This document shows, in pieces, positions 18,973-29,624 of a DNA stretch of 62,000 bases. Source of the DNA: Hyalangium minutum (GTDB lineage: Bacteria > Myxococcota > Myxococcia > Myxococcales > Myxococcaceae). The translations under genes and the position numbers were made by a program. Position 1 is the first letter of the stretch. The number at the start of each line of letters is the position of its first letter. The notes beneath the pieces are model-generated. The model was not told the origin of the DNA. It saw only the letters and a list, made by a program, of their open reading frames with translations, and searched no databases. The stretch lies in assembly GCF_000737315.1 (NCBI RefSeq), contig NZ_JMCB01000006.1:144001-206000 (forward strand), given 5' to 3'.

Positions 18973-20229
18973 ATGACTGCTCCCTCCGTTTCCCTCGGCC
19001 TCGACTACAAGCCGCTCGAGCCGCCCCTGCTGGATGAGCCGTTCCCCTTCTACGCCCGCCTCCGCCAAGAGGCCCCCGTCACCTTCGCGCCCCACTTCCA
19101 CCTCTGGCTCGTCAGCCGCTACGCGGACGTGATGACGGTCCTGAAGGATCCCCGGCGCTTCAGCTCGCGCGACATCCTTCGCCCGCCTGTGGATCTCCCC
19201 GCCGACCTGCTCCAGTTGCTCGAGGCCTCCGGCTACACGCCCGACTACCCCCTGCTCGGTGACGATCCGCCCGCCCATACCCGCATCCGCGGCCTGGTCG
19301 GCAAGGCCTTCAACATGGCCAGCGTCAACGCCCTGGAAGCCCGCATCCGAACCGCCGCGCGCACCCACGTCGATGCCCTGCTCCGCGGCGCCACCCGCGC
19401 GGACCTCGTCTCGGGGCTCGCCTGGTCCTTGCCCATGGACGTCATCACCGAGCTGCTCGGCGTCCCTCGCGAGGACGGAGCGCGGATCCGCCAGTGGATC
19501 GAGGATGAGAAGCTCTTCTTCGTCCCCCACCTCCCGCCCGACGGCCTGCGCCGCGCCGTCGAGGGCGTAGCCGCCTTCCGCCGCTACCTTCGTGCCATGG
19601 TCGAGGACCGCCAGCAGCACCCGCGCGAGGACTTCCTCTCCACCCTCATCGCCGCCCGGCTCGAGGGCGAGCGCCCGCTGAGCACCCTGGAGCTCTCCAA
19701 CCTGCTCAACGTGCTCGTGTTCGCTGGCAACGAGACGTCCACCAACCTGATCAGCACCGCACTGCTCTGCCTGCTGCGCCACCCCGGCCTGTGGCAGGAG
19801 CTGCGCGCCAACCCCGCCGCCGTTCCCAACACCCTCGAGGAGGTGCTGCGCTTCGACTCGCCGGTGGTGGGGATGATGCGCACGGTCACCGAGCCCACAC
19901 AGCTCGGCGGCGTGGAGCTCCCAGCCGGGGCGCGGCTGCTGCTCCTGTTCGCCTCGGCCAACCGGGACGAGTCCGTCTTCGAGCAAGCCGCGCGCTTCGA
20001 CATCCGCCGCGCCAACGCGAACCGCCACCTCGGCTTCGGCCACGGCACCCACTACTGCGTGGGCGCGCCGCTCGCCCGGCTCGAGGCCCGCGTCGTCCTG
20101 GAGCTCCTCATCGAGCGGCTCCCGAACCCGCGCCTGGTGGCTGGAGAGTCCGTCCCCTACCTCCCCAACCTCATCCACCGAGGCCCCCAGCGCCTCATGG
20201 TCGAGTGGGACACAGCTCCCACAGCGTGA
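18973..20229 (+). CDS. Cytochrome P450
   Basis: DDPPAHTRIR, AGNETS I-helix, EEVLR ExxR, FGHGTHYCVG heme-thiolate motif. Confidence 0.95.
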   Translation: MTAPSVSLGLDYKPLEPPLLDEPFPFYARLRQEAPVTFAPHFHLWLVSRYADVMTVLKDPRRFSSRDILRPPVDLPADLLQLLEASGYTPDYPLLGDDPPAHTRIRGLVGKAFNMASVNALEARIRTAARTHVDALLRGATRADLVSGLAWSLPMDVITELLGVPREDGARIRQWIEDEKLFFVPHLPPDGLRRAVEGVAAFRRYLRAMVEDRQQHPREDFLSTLIAARLEGERPLSTLELSNLLNVLVFAGNETSTNLISTALLCLLRHPGLWQELRANPAAVPNTLEEVLRFDSPVVGMMRTVTEPTQLGGVELPAGARLLLLFASANRDESVFEQAARFDIRRANANRHLGFGHGTHYCVGAPLARLEARVVLELLIERLPNPRLVAGESVPYLPNLIHRGPQRLMVEWDTAPTA

Positions 20230-20265
20230 GTGAGCCCGTGGGGACGCCCGTGCTAGAAAACGGAC

Positions 20266-21396
20266 GTGCCCACGCTCCCCAACCCCAAATGGTTCGAAGC
20301 GCTGAAGAAGGATCCCAAAGCCGCTGAGGCCGGGATCCACTGGTTCACCCCCGAAGAAGCCGAGGCCAAGCGCGCCGAGGTCGCCAGCTGGTACGTGCAG
20401 GGTGACGCGCGCGTGCGCCACCACCTCCCGGACGCCGCGCTCGCCGCCGCCAAGGAGCAGTTCGCCCAGTTCGTCCCCGTGGGCGAGGGCCCCACCGCCT
20501 CGGATCGCGAGGGCAACAAGATTCGCAGCTGGCTCCTGCTCGCCAAGCAGTCTCCGGAGGAGCTGAAGGTGGCGCTCTCTCCCGTGCACCCGCCCTTCCT
20601 GTGGCTCGGGGCCGGGCAGACGCTCGCCTCACTCAAGGAAACAGTGGCGCCCTACTTCCCGGCCCATATTCCGTCCGAGGACAAGCTGGAGCACACCGTG
20701 CGCGGCTTCATCGGCACGAGCGCGGTGAACCACATCGATCTCATCCAGCTCCACGACCGCTACCAGGCCTCGGACTTCCTCGACGGGCTCACCTGGGGCA
20801 GCGCGTACAAGAAGGATCCCTTCCTCGAGATGCTGCCCAAGGGCCACTACGGCCAGGAGATGATCCAGCGCTACCGCGCTCAGGCTCCCGAGGGCATTCC
20901 CACCTTCAGCTTCCGCTCGCTGTTCACCAAGTCCATCCTCCGCGCCGAGGCCCACGCCAACGTCGCGGAGGGCGTGAACATCTTCGTCGTCCAGGTGCGC
21001 TACCACCCCGCCAAGCAGCAGGCGCTCATCCGCGACCTGAACCAGCAGCTCGGAATGCGGCTCCCCGAGGACCTCCCCGTGGACCTTGCCGGCGCCTTCA
21101 TCGGGCTCCCGTTTGATCCACCCGAGGTCATCCGCGCCGCGCTGCCCAAGCAGACAGACCTGGCGAAGATCTCCTTCGGCCTGCTCTGCCTGGACTGCCT
21201 CGCCCGGGACTTCACGGAGGCCGAGAAGGACCTGCGCGAGTACTCCACCCATGCCGAGGGCGCCGTGCGGCAGCTCGTCGCCAACCTCGCGCTCCGCCGC
21301 GGACTCAAGTCGCTGCTCACGGAGATGGCCAGCCGTGAGCAGCATCCCGAGTTCAAGAAACAGCTCACCGAGGTCTCTCAGCGCCTCCCCTCCTGA
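20266..21396 (+). CDS. Hypothetical protein with C-terminal HEAT-like helices
   Basis: 376-aa ORF with GC-biased codon usage, GTG start, no recognised motif. Confidence 0.7.
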   Translation: MPTLPNPKWFEALKKDPKAAEAGIHWFTPEEAEAKRAEVASWYVQGDARVRHHLPDAALAAAKEQFAQFVPVGEGPTASDREGNKIRSWLLLAKQSPEELKVALSPVHPPFLWLGAGQTLASLKETVAPYFPAHIPSEDKLEHTVRGFIGTSAVNHIDLIQLHDRYQASDFLDGLTWGSAYKKDPFLEMLPKGHYGQEMIQRYRAQAPEGIPTFSFRSLFTKSILRAEAHANVAEGVNIFVVQVRYHPAKQQALIRDLNQQLGMRLPEDLPVDLAGAFIGLPFDPPEVIRAALPKQTDLAKISFGLLCLDCLARDFTEAEKDLREYSTHAEGAVRQLVANLALRRGLKSLLTEMASREQHPEFKKQLTEVSQRLPS

Positions 21397-21407
21397 GACC
21401 TCTGCCC

Positions 21408-23651
21408 TCAGTGCCCTCCCAGCACCTTGTCGAGGGTGACGGGCAGGCTCCGGACGCGCTTGCCCGTCGCGTGGAAGATGGCGTTGGAGATCGCCGCTGC
21501 CACTCCGACGATGCCAATCTCCCCCAAGCCCTTGGCGCCCAGCGGGTTGACGACGGTGTCGTCCTCGTCAACGAAGAGGACCTCGATGTCCCGCACATCG
21601 GCGTTCACGGGCACGTGGTACTCGCCGAGGTTGTGGTTGATGAACCGGCCGAGTGCCGTGTCGACGACGGACTCCTCCTCCAGGGCCATACCGATGCCCC
21701 AGACGACGCCTCCCAGCACCTGACTGCGCGCCGTCTTCGGGTTCATGATGCGCCCGCCCGCCACGGCGGTGACGACGCGGGTCACCTGGATGATGCCCAG
21801 GTCCTCGTCCACCTTCACCTCCGCGAACACCGCCGAGTGCGCGGCCCGGGTGTACTTCTGCTGCTCGGAGAGGTTGGGCAGCGCCATCGTCTGCTCCTCG
21901 ATGCTCAGCACCTCGCCGTGCCGCATCGCCTCGAGCAGGGACACGGCCTTCGTGGGGTCCGCCTTTAGCCTGATTTGCCCACCCGCGAAGAACACCTCCT
22001 CCAGCTCCGACTTGGCGAGCGGTGAGCCGCGCACCTTCCGGGCCAGTTTGAACAACTGCTCGCGCACCTTCTCGCAGACCTCCTTCACCGCTGTGCCCAC
22101 GGAGGCCACCGTCCACGAGCCTCCCTCCAGCGGCGCGGGCGGCAGCGAGGAGTCGCCGAGCTTGAACGTCACGTCTTCCATCGGCAGCCCCAGCGTCTCC
22201 GCCGCGATCTGGGTCATCACCGTATAGGTGCCGGTGCCAATGTCCGAGGTGGCGCTGGACACGGTGAGCTTGCCGTCGATGCTCAGCAGGGCCTTGGCGC
22301 TGGCCGGCTGCTGCATCGCCTCCCAGACACCGGTGGCCATGCCCCAGCCGATGAGCTGCTTCCCGTCACGCATCGAGCGGGGCGTCGCCACCCGCCTGCC
22401 CCACCCGAAGCGCTCGGCGCCCTGGTGGTAGCAGGCCCGCAGCTCCTTGCTCGAGAACGGCTTGTCCGCGTTCTGGTCGCGCTCCGCGTAGTTCTTGAGG
22501 CGCAGCGCGAGCGGATCCACTCCCGCCGCATAGGCCAGCTCATCCATCGCGCACTCCAGCGCGTAGACGCCCCAGGCCGCTCCCGGCGCACGCATGTCGA
22601 GCGGCGTGTAGTGGTCCAGCGAGGCCACCTTGTAATCGAGCCGCACGTTGTCGCACTGGTAGAGCAGGCCGGACCAGTTGACGATGATCTCCGCGTAGTC
22701 CTCGAAGCGCGAGGTCTCCGAGATGGCCTCGTGGATGAGGGCCTGGAGCGTGCCGTCCGCCGACGCGCCGAGCGCCAGCCGCTGCAGCGTCGCGGGGCGG
22801 TGGCCGAACGTGAACATCTGCTGGCGCGTCATCACCACCCGCACCGAGCGCTTCAGCTCCCGCGACGCCATGACCGCGAGGAACAGCTGATACTGCGGCC
22901 GCAGCGCCGAGCCGAACGCTCCCCCCACGAAGGGTGAGCGCACGCGCGCCTCGCCCTCGGCCAGGTTGAACACCTTCGAGAGGTACTTCAGGCTGTTCTG
23001 CACGCCCTGCGTCTTGTCGTAGATGGTGAGCGTGCCGTCGTCCTCGTAGACCACCGTGGCCGCGTGCATCTCCATCGGGTTGTGGTGCTCGACCGGCGTC
23101 TCGTACTCCACGTCGATCCGCACCTCGGACTGGGCCAGTGCCTTGTCCGCATGGCCTCGGGGCTTCGGCGGAGGCTCGAAGCCGCCCTTGCCCATCTTCG
23201 GCGCTCGGGCCTTGCCGCGCTGCGCCCGTAGATCCGTCTCGTGCTTCTTGACTGAGTACTCGGCCCGGATGAGCGAGGCCGCGTAGCGGGCAGCCTCGAA
23301 CGTCTCCGCGACCACCAGCGCGATGGGCTGCCCGCTGTAGAGGATCTCGTCATCGTAGAGCGGCCGGAACGGTGAGCCCGCGGGCGAGTCCTCGTCCCGG
23401 TAGCTCTTATCGAACCATGGGAGCTTCGGCCGGTTCTCGTGCGTGAAGACGTGCAGCACCCCGGGCACCTGGAGCGCTTCCCTCGTCTCCAGCTTCTTGA
23501 TGCGGCCTCGGGCCACCGTGCTCGACACGACGACACCATAAGTAAGGCCGGGAGCTTGGAACTCTCCGGCGTACTTCGCCTGCCCCGTCACCTTCAGCGG
23601 TCCATCGACGCGGCTGACCGGCTTCCCCAGCAAGGGAGTGTGAGTGGTCAT
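21408..23651 (-). CDS. paoC: Xanthine dehydrogenase-family molybdopterin-binding subunit (PaoC/YagR-like)
   Basis: [53 protein letters not shown]. Confidence 0.9.
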   Translation of the reverse strand: MTTHTPLLGKPVSRVDGPLKVTGQAKYAGEFQAPGLTYGVVVSSTVARGRIKKLETREALQVPGVLHVFTHENRPKLPWFDKSYRDEDSPAGSPFRPLYDDEILYSGQPIALVVAETFEAARYAASLIRAEYSVKKHETDLRAQRGKARAPKMGKGGFEPPPKPRGHADKALAQSEVRIDVEYETPVEHHNPMEMHAATVVYEDDGTLTIYDKTQGVQNSLKYLSKVFNLAEGEARVRSPFVGGAFGSALRPQYQLFLAVMASRELKRSVRVVMTRQQMFTFGHRPATLQRLALGASADGTLQALIHEAISETSRFEDYAEIIVNWSGLLYQCDNVRLDYKVASLDHYTPLDMRAPGAAWGVYALECAMDELAYAAGVDPLALRLKNYAERDQNADKPFSSKELRACYHQGAERFGWGRRVATPRSMRDGKQLIGWGMATGVWEAMQQPASAKALLSIDGKLTVSSATSDIGTGTYTVMTQIAAETLGLPMEDVTFKLGDSSLPPAPLEGGSWTVASVGTAVKEVCEKVREQLFKLARKVRGSPLAKSELEEVFFAGGQIRLKADPTKAVSLLEAMRHGEVLSIEEQTMALPNLSEQQKYTRAAHSAVFAEVKVDEDLGIIQVTRVVTAVAGGRIMNPKTARSQVLGGVVWGIGMALEEESVVDTALGRFINHNLGEYHVPVNADVRDIEVLFVDEDDTVVNPLGAKGLGEIGIVGVAAAISNAIFHATGKRVRSLPVTLDKVLGGH

Positions 23652-24643
23652 TGCTGCACCTCCGTTCCCGCCGCCTGCTCCAGCGCGCGGACCACCGCCC
23701 GCCGGGCCAGCTCAATCTTGAAGGTGTTGTGGCCATACCCCTTGGCGTCGCGAAGGATCGCGTCCGCCACGGACCGGAAGCTCTCCCCGGTGGCGCGCTG
23801 GCCGCTCAGCATCGCCTCGGCCTTCGTGTCTCGCCACGGCTTGTGCGCCACGCCTCCGAGCGCGATCCGCGCCTCCCGGATGACGCCTTCGTCCAGCTCC
23901 AGCCCCACCGCCACGGACACGAGCGCGAACGCGTACGACTGGCGGTCGCGGATCTTCAGATAGCTGAAGTTCCTCGCGAACCCCTTTGCGGGCAGGTCCA
24001 CCGAGGTGATCAGCTCGTCCGGCCGCAGGTTCGTGTCCAGGTGAGGCGTGTCCCCGGGCAGCCGGTGGAACTCGGCGATCGGGATGGTGCGCTCGCCGTC
24101 AGGTCCTTTGACTTGGATGGACGCTTCGAGCGCCGCGAGCGCCACGCACATGTCCGACGGGTGGGTGGCAATGCACTTCTCGCTCGTCCCAAGGATGGCG
24201 TGGATGCGGTTGATGCCCGCGAGCGCTCCACACCCCGAGCCGGGCTCGCGCTTATTGCAGGGCGTGCCCGTGTCATAGAAGTAGTAGCACCGCGTGCGCT
24301 GGAGCAGGTTGCCACCCGTGGTCGCCATGTTGCGCAGCTGCGCCGAGGCTCCCGCCAGGATGGCCTTCGACAGCAGCGGGTAGCGCTGCTCTACTCGCGC
24401 GTCGTACGCCACCGCCGAGTTCGTCACCAGCGCGCCAATCCTCAGCCCGCCGTCCGCCTGCTCCTCGATGGTGTTGAGAGGCAGCCGGTTGACGTCGATC
24501 AGGTGGCTCGGGCGCGACACGTTCTCCTTCATCAAGTCGAGGAGGTTCGTGCCACCCGCGATGAACCGCGCCCGCTCGTTCCGGGCAATCGCGCTCACGG
24601 CGCCCGCGACGCTGCCGGCCCGCTCGAAGGAGAACCGGTTCAT
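23648..24643 (-). CDS. paoB: FAD-binding subunit (PaoB/YagS-like) with 4Fe-4S Cys insert
   Basis: [34 protein letters not shown]...CNKR...GC...[12 protein letters not shown] overlaps at both ends. Confidence 0.9.
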   Translation of the reverse strand: MNRFSFERAGSVAGAVSAIARNERARFIAGGTNLLDLMKENVSRPSHLIDVNRLPLNTIEEQADGGLRIGALVTNSAVAYDARVEQRYPLLSKAILAGASAQLRNMATTGGNLLQRTRCYYFYDTGTPCNKREPGSGCGALAGINRIHAILGTSEKCIATHPSDMCVALAALEASIQVKGPDGERTIPIAEFHRLPGDTPHLDTNLRPDELITSVDLPAKGFARNFSYLKIRDRQSYAFALVSVAVGLELDEGVIREARIALGGVAHKPWRDTKAEAMLSGQRATGESFRSVADAILRDAKGYGHNTFKIELARRAVVRALEQAAGTEVQQ

Positions 24644-25176
24644 GGCTTCTCCTCCTTCTCGCACTCCTGCTTCGCCTGCTCGATGGCCGCGACGATGTTG
24701 GGATACGCGCCGCACCGGCAGAGGTTGCCGCTCATCAGCTCGCGGATGTCGTCTCTCGTCTGGGCCTTGCCCTCCTTGATGAGCCCCAGCGCGGAGCAGA
24801 TCTGCCCCGGAGTGCAGTAACCACACTGGAACGCGTCGTGCTCGACGAAGGCCGCCTGCAGCGGGTGGAGCGTCTCGCCCGAGGCAATGCCCTCGATGGT
24901 CGACACCTCCGCGCCGTCCTTCATCACCGCCAACGTCAGGCACGAGTTGATCCGCTGGCCATTCACCAGCACGGTGCAGGCGCCGCACTGCCCGTGGTCG
25001 CAGCCCTTCTTCGTGCCCGTCAGCTCCAGGTTCTCCCGCAGCAAGTCGAGCAGCGTCGTCCAAGGCTCGACCTCCAGCTGCTTCTCCGAGCCGTTGACCT
25101 TGAGGGTGATCGAATGCTTCGAGGGCGACTCCGCTGATGACACCCTCGCCGAGGGCTCATGGAAGGAAGGCTTCAC
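24640..25176 (-). CDS. paoA: (2Fe-2S)-binding subunit (PaoA/YagT-like)
   Basis: [16 protein letters not shown]...[14 protein letters not shown]. Confidence 0.9.
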   Translation of the reverse strand: MKPSFHEPSARVSSAESPSKHSITLKVNGSEKQLEVEPWTTLLDLLRENLELTGTKKGCDHGQCGACTVLVNGQRINSCLTLAVMKDGAEVSTIEGIASGETLHPLQAAFVEHDAFQCGYCTPGQICSALGLIKEGKAQTRDDIRELMSGNLCRCGAYPNIVAAIEQAKQECEKEEKP

Positions 25177-25494
25177 GTGAACACGCTCCTGCTGGAGATG
25201 GATCCGGTCCTAGCGAGGTAAGGACTCGGAGCGCTCGCGTCCTTCCGGGGGAGCCCGCACCCACGGCGGAGGATTGGCTAATGGATACTGGCGCCCTACA
25301 GCTCCCCTCATCGTGTTGAGTCGTCGAAAGCGGCGCTGCGCTTACATAGGTCGACACCCCACGACAAGTGCACCTACGTGGAAACCCGCTCTCTCGGAAA
25401 AACAACCGTGGCCGCGTAAGCTGCACGCAACTGATCCGAGGGCGCGCGGAGAACCATTCCAGCCCCTTTTTTTCCCTATCGAAGGAGAAGTCCC

Positions 25495-28400
25495 ATGGCC
25501 CGCCCCATTGAATCCGGCTCCGCCGACGTCGCCGCCCGCGAGGCTGCACGCCGCGCCGCCGAAGAGGCCGCCCGCCGCGCCGCTGAAGAGGCCGCTCGCC
25601 GCGCCGCTGAAGAGGCCGCCCGCCGCGCCGCCGAGGCCAAGAACAATCAGGTGACGAACAAGGCGACCACGCCCGAGAAGCCGGTCGCCACCCGGGACGA
25701 GTTCGCCGCCACCAGCACCCCCCAGGCCAAGGGCCCGGACCTCGAGGGCGGCAAGCCCACCGAGTCGAAGCTGCCGGAGAAGCCCGAAGACTTGCCCAAG
25801 CTCTTCCCCGAGCTGAAGGACAAGCCCAAGGAGGTGCTGCAGAAGACGTATGACTCGATGAAGAAGCTCACCGAGGGCGACTTCTCCGAGAAGGCCACCG
25901 CGCTAGGCGAGCTGTCCAAGACGTTCCCGGACACCACCAAGAACGTCCTCACCAAGCTGGGCATTCAGGACAACAAGCTGGCGAAGCTGGCCACCAACTC
26001 GGACGCGCTGTCCGCGCTGGGCAAGCTCACCAGCAAGGACTCCTCCACCGCTGACAAGGCCAGCGCCGCGCTCGAGCTGGCCAACGCCGCCGGCGACATC
26101 TTCAAGCCCGAGGACCTCAAGGGCGTGCTCAACCACGCGCTCAACGGCCTGCCCGCGGGCGCCAAGCTCGCCGAGGCCATTGGGGCCTTCACCGACCCCA
26201 ACAAGAGCGCGCTGGACAAGACTAAGGCCTCGCTGGAGCTGGCCTCGGCGCTCAAGGACTTCGCCGGCAAGTCCTTCCCGCAGGTGGAGAACACCCTGCG
26301 CAAGCTGGACGGCACCTTCCGCGCCGCCAACGCCGCCGTGAAGCTGCTGGACCCCGAGGCCTCCGCCAAGGACAAGGCCCTGGCCGCCGCTCAGCTCGCC
26401 GCCGAGCTGCCGGACCTCAAGAAGGACCTCACCGAGTTCAAGAACCTGCTCAAGCAGAACGGCGTGAAGGGCGCGGACGCCGCCGTGGACGAGGGCGCGA
26501 GGCTCGCCGACGCCGTGGTGAAGGGTCTCGACCCGGCCGTGGCCCAGAAGCTCACCCCGGATCAGCTCAAGGGGCTCCAGGACGTGGCCGCCAAGGTCGG
26601 CCCGGAGAACCTCGAGGGCGTGCTCAAGGGCATCCAGGACCCCAAGGCGCTCGAGGCGCTCACGGGCCAACTCGACAAGCTGGATGCTGACTCCGGCAAG
26701 CGGCTGCTCAAGACGCTGGGCGGCATGGAGCACGGCAACCTCGCCAAGGTCCTCACGGATCCGAAGACGGCCGAGCAGCTGGGCACCCTGGCCACCAAGC
26801 TGGACGACGAGGCCGCCGAGCTCGTCGGCAAGCTGGCCAAGGACATGGACGTCGACGGGCTGAAGACGCTGATGAAGTTCACCGACGGCGTCAGCGGCGA
26901 CGTGCTCAAGACGGGCCTCAAGGGCCTCAAGCCCCTGCTGGAGGAGGGCGGCGGCAAGCTGGTGGGCAAGGGCCTCAAGCTGCTGGACGACATGCTCGGC
27001 AAGATGGGCGTGAAGGTCACCGGCGAGGTGGCCGGCAAGGTCTTCAAGAACCTGGCGAAGGCCATCCCGCTCGCGGGCGCCGTGCCGGGCCTCATCGACG
27101 CGGGCAAGTACGCCAAGGAGGCGATGGACCTCCGGGACAAGAACAAGGACCTGGGCTTCTTCGCGCTGGTGGGCGCCAACCTCAACGCCGCGGATGCGGT
27201 GGTGGGCACGGCGCTGGACTTCACCGGCGTGGGCGCCGCAGTGGACCTGGGCGCGGGCGCCGCCTTCGGCGTGGCCGAGCTGGCGCTGGACCTGGCCTTC
27301 GACGCCGAGAAGAAGAAGATGGAGGCGGATCCGCAGAACTACCAGGCGCCGGACTGGATGAAGGCCGTAAACCTGGGCGCCGCCGCCGCCATGGGCCCCG
27401 CGGGCATGACGCAGCTCGCGGCCTACTACGGGCCCGAGGGCGCCGCCGAGCTGACCCAGTGGGGCATCGAGAAGGGTGCCAAGGGCGCGGTGAAGCTCGC
27501 CGAGTTCGCGGGCGTCAGCGCCGCCAACGCCACCGGCGATGGGATGAAGCTCACGGCGGGCTTCATCCACGGGCTCGCGGATGTGATCCGCAACCCCTCC
27601 AAGTACGGCGAGGCCGTCGCCACCAAGGCGCGTGATGCGTTCAACGCCGCCATGGAGAAGGGTGGCGAGATTGCCGCGGAGGCCAAGAAGGTCCTCGGCA
27701 ACGTCATCGACGAGGCGAAGCAGCTCGGCGAGAAGGGGCTCGACACCCTGAAGTTCATCGCCCAGAACCCGGGCGAGGCCGCGAAGATGGCGCTCGACGG
27801 CGTCAAGAGCATGGTCGACAAGGGCATGGAGCTGGCGCAGCAGGGCAAGGAGGCCCTGCTGAAGAAGGCCACCGAGACGCTCGACGCGCTCAAGACGGGC
27901 TGGGAGAACCTCAAGGGTGCCGCCAAGGAGAAGGCAGCGGAGCTCATCAACGGCGCCAAGGAGGGCATCCAGTCCGCGCTGAACAAGGCGAAGGAGCTGG
28001 GCGAGAAGGGCCTCGAGACGCTCAAGTGGGCCGCCACGCACCCGGGTGAAGTGGGCGAGATGGCCAAGAAGGCCTTCACCGACCTGATGGCCAAGGGCGG
28101 TGAGGTGGCCAAGAAGGCCTGGGACGGGCTCAAGAGCCTGGGCGCCAAGGGGCTCGAGGTGGCCGAGGCCGCCGTCAAGGGACTCAAGGACGCGGGCGGC
28201 AAGGCGGTGGAGACACTCAAGTACATCGCCGAGAACCCGGGCGAGGCCGCCGCCAAGGTGCGCGACTGGGCCGGCCAGACGCTCTCGGACATGGCGCGCA
28301 AGGGCGGTGAGATGGCGAAGGAGGCCGCCACCGCCATCAAGGACTTCGTGGACCGGCGCGTGGACTGGGCCAAGCAGTTCGCCACGGACCTGCTCAAGGA

Positions 28401-28743
28401 CGGCGTGGAGTCCTTCAAGGAGGTCGCCAAGGCCTGGGGACAGAACCTCACCGAGGGCGGCAAGGAGATCCTCGGCGCGCTCAAGGATCTGGGCGGCGCG
28501 GGCGTGAACGCGCTGCAGGACCTCGCCAAGGCGGGCGGGCAGCTGGCTGAGGCCGCCGTGGGCTACTTGGGCGACCTGGCGAAGATGGGCGTGGACGCCG
28601 CGAAGGGCGCGCTCGAGGGCCTGGCGAACTTCGGCGGCGAGGTCGGCCGGCTGGCCAGCGGCGCGTTCGATGCGGTGAAGAACGCCACCAACGGCGAGAT
28701 GAGCGTCTTCGGCCACAAGGTGGACGTGAACCCGTTCTGGTGA
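25495..28743 (+). CDS. Large Lys/Ala/Gly-rich helical protein of unknown function (1082 aa)
   Basis: GAAGGAG RBS, extreme GC3 codon bias, N-terminal RRAAEEAA repeats, central Gly-rich hydrophobic segment, C-terminal ETLK[FWY]xAx[NH]PGE repeats, no signal peptide. Confidence 0.85.
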   Translation: MARPIESGSADVAAREAARRAAEEAARRAAEEAARRAAEEAARRAAEAKNNQVTNKATTPEKPVATRDEFAATSTPQAKGPDLEGGKPTESKLPEKPEDLPKLFPELKDKPKEVLQKTYDSMKKLTEGDFSEKATALGELSKTFPDTTKNVLTKLGIQDNKLAKLATNSDALSALGKLTSKDSSTADKASAALELANAAGDIFKPEDLKGVLNHALNGLPAGAKLAEAIGAFTDPNKSALDKTKASLELASALKDFAGKSFPQVENTLRKLDGTFRAANAAVKLLDPEASAKDKALAAAQLAAELPDLKKDLTEFKNLLKQNGVKGADAAVDEGARLADAVVKGLDPAVAQKLTPDQLKGLQDVAAKVGPENLEGVLKGIQDPKALEALTGQLDKLDADSGKRLLKTLGGMEHGNLAKVLTDPKTAEQLGTLATKLDDEAAELVGKLAKDMDVDGLKTLMKFTDGVSGDVLKTGLKGLKPLLEEGGGKLVGKGLKLLDDMLGKMGVKVTGEVAGKVFKNLAKAIPLAGAVPGLIDAGKYAKEAMDLRDKNKDLGFFALVGANLNAADAVVGTALDFTGVGAAVDLGAGAAFGVAELALDLAFDAEKKKMEADPQNYQAPDWMKAVNLGAAAAMGPAGMTQLAAYYGPEGAAELTQWGIEKGAKGAVKLAEFAGVSAANATGDGMKLTAGFIHGLADVIRNPSKYGEAVATKARDAFNAAMEKGGEIAAEAKKVLGNVIDEAKQLGEKGLDTLKFIAQNPGEAAKMALDGVKSMVDKGMELAQQGKEALLKKATETLDALKTGWENLKGAAKEKAAELINGAKEGIQSALNKAKELGEKGLETLKWAATHPGEVGEMAKKAFTDLMAKGGEVAKKAWDGLKSLGAKGLEVAEAAVKGLKDAGGKAVETLKYIAENPGEAAAKVRDWAGQTLSDMARKGGEMAKEAATAIKDFVDRRVDWAKQFATDLLKDGVESFKEVAKAWGQNLTEGGKEILGALKDLGGAGVNALQDLAKAGGQLAEAAVGYLGDLAKMGVDAAKGALEGLANFGGEVGRLASGAFDAVKNATNGEMSVFGHKVDVNPFW
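25549..25635 (+). repeat. 24-nt coding tandem repeat (RRAAEEAA x3 plus partial)
   Basis: CGCCGCGCCGCYGAAGAGGCCGCY three times, then CGCCGCGCCGCCGAG. Confidence 0.9.
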
Positions 28744-28778
28744 TGCCGCGCCCCAGGGGGCGGCCTGGAGACGGCGGG

Positions 28779-29624
28779 CTAGATGCGCGCGAGCTTGTCC
28801 GGGTTGAGGATCGCCCGGATGCCGTGGATGCGCTCCCCGTCCGTCTCCAGCGAGATGACGTCGAAGACGGTCCCGTTCAGCCGCACCACCAATGAGGGCC
28901 AGCCGTTCACCTCGAGGACCTCCGCCCCGAACCCGAACTTCGCCTTCTTCACGATGCCGATGTACAGGCGCGCCACCGCATCCGCCCCATGGACAGGCCG
29001 CGTGGAGGCCCCGAAGGCCTTGCCTCCACCGTCCGACCAGGCCGTCACGTCATCGGAGAGCATGCGCTTGAGGCCTTCCAGATCCCCGCTGACGCACGCC
29101 GAGAGGAACCCGGTCACCAGCCGCTCATGGGCCTGCTTGGAGGGCGCGAACCGGGGCCGCCGCGCTTGGAGGTGCTCGCGGGCCCGGTGCAGCAACTGAC
29201 GGCACGCGGCCTCCTCCTTGCCCACCATCTGGGAGACCTCGGCGTGGCTGTAGCCGAACACCTCGTGCAGCAGGTACACGGCGCGCTCCACCGGCGTGAG
29301 GCTCTCGAGCAACACCAGGAACGCGACGGAGATCGTCTCGGGATCCACTGCAGAGTCCGTGCGCACGGGCTCGGGAAGCCACGGCCCCACGTAGACCTCC
29401 CGGTTGGCCCTCGCGCTCTTGAGGTGATCCAGGCACAGCCGCGTCACCACCGTGGCGAGGAACGCCCGGCCCGAGCGCACCGCGTCCCGCGGTGCTGACT
29501 GCCAGCGCAGCCAGGCCTCCTGGACGATGTCCTCTGCCTCGGCCGCCGAGCCGAGCATCCGGTAGGCGATGGCCACCAGCATGGGCCTGTGGGTCTCGAA
29601 GACCGCCATGAGCTCTCCCGTCAT
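28779..29624 (-). CDS. sigJ: ECF41-group sigma-70 factor (SigJ-like) with C-terminal SnoaL-like extension
   Basis: AYRMLGSAAEAEDIVQEAW, REVYVGPWLPEP (WLPEP linker), DGGGK and NPDKL ECF41 motifs. ATGA overlap with the upstream oxidoreductase. Confidence 0.9.
   Translation of the reverse strand: MTGELMAVFETHRPMLVAIAYRMLGSAAEAEDIVQEAWLRWQSAPRDAVRSGRAFLATVVTRLCLDHLKSARANREVYVGPWLPEPVRTDSAVDPETISVAFLVLLESLTPVERAVYLLHEVFGYSHAEVSQMVGKEEAACRQLLHRAREHLQARRPRFAPSKQAHERLVTGFLSACVSGDLEGLKRMLSDDVTAWSDGGGKAFGASTRPVHGADAVARLYIGIVKKAKFGFGAEVLEVNGWPSLVVRLNGTVFDVISLETDGERIHGIRAILNPDKLARI

Noticed and set aside
15795-25176. A unified sterol catabolism cluster (oxidase, AKR, P450, molybdoenzyme)
   Set aside because: There is no KstD, Ksh, Hsa or side-chain beta-oxidation gene, and the orientations are mixed. 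Proximity alone is insufficient.
25177-25494. 318-nt intergenic region as a riboswitch or sRNA, and TGGCCGCGTAAGCTGC (25409-25424) as a sigma-54 promoter
   Set aside because: I recognised no riboswitch consensus (including c-di-GMP/cGAMP GEMM) and only weak hairpins. The GG-GC spacing is 11 rather than 10.
25549-25635. Regular 24-nt repeat as a possible CRISPR array
   Set aside because: There are no spacers, it is an in-frame coding repeat, and no cas genes are present.
25903-28716. 937-aa antisense ORF, and similar long shadow ORFs at 30239-33085, 35856-37946, 43741-45594, 48861-50705 and 2030-3511
   Set aside because: These are stop-free antisense or alternate frames expected from extreme GC3 bias. 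They have no motifs or RBS and lie over well-supported genes.
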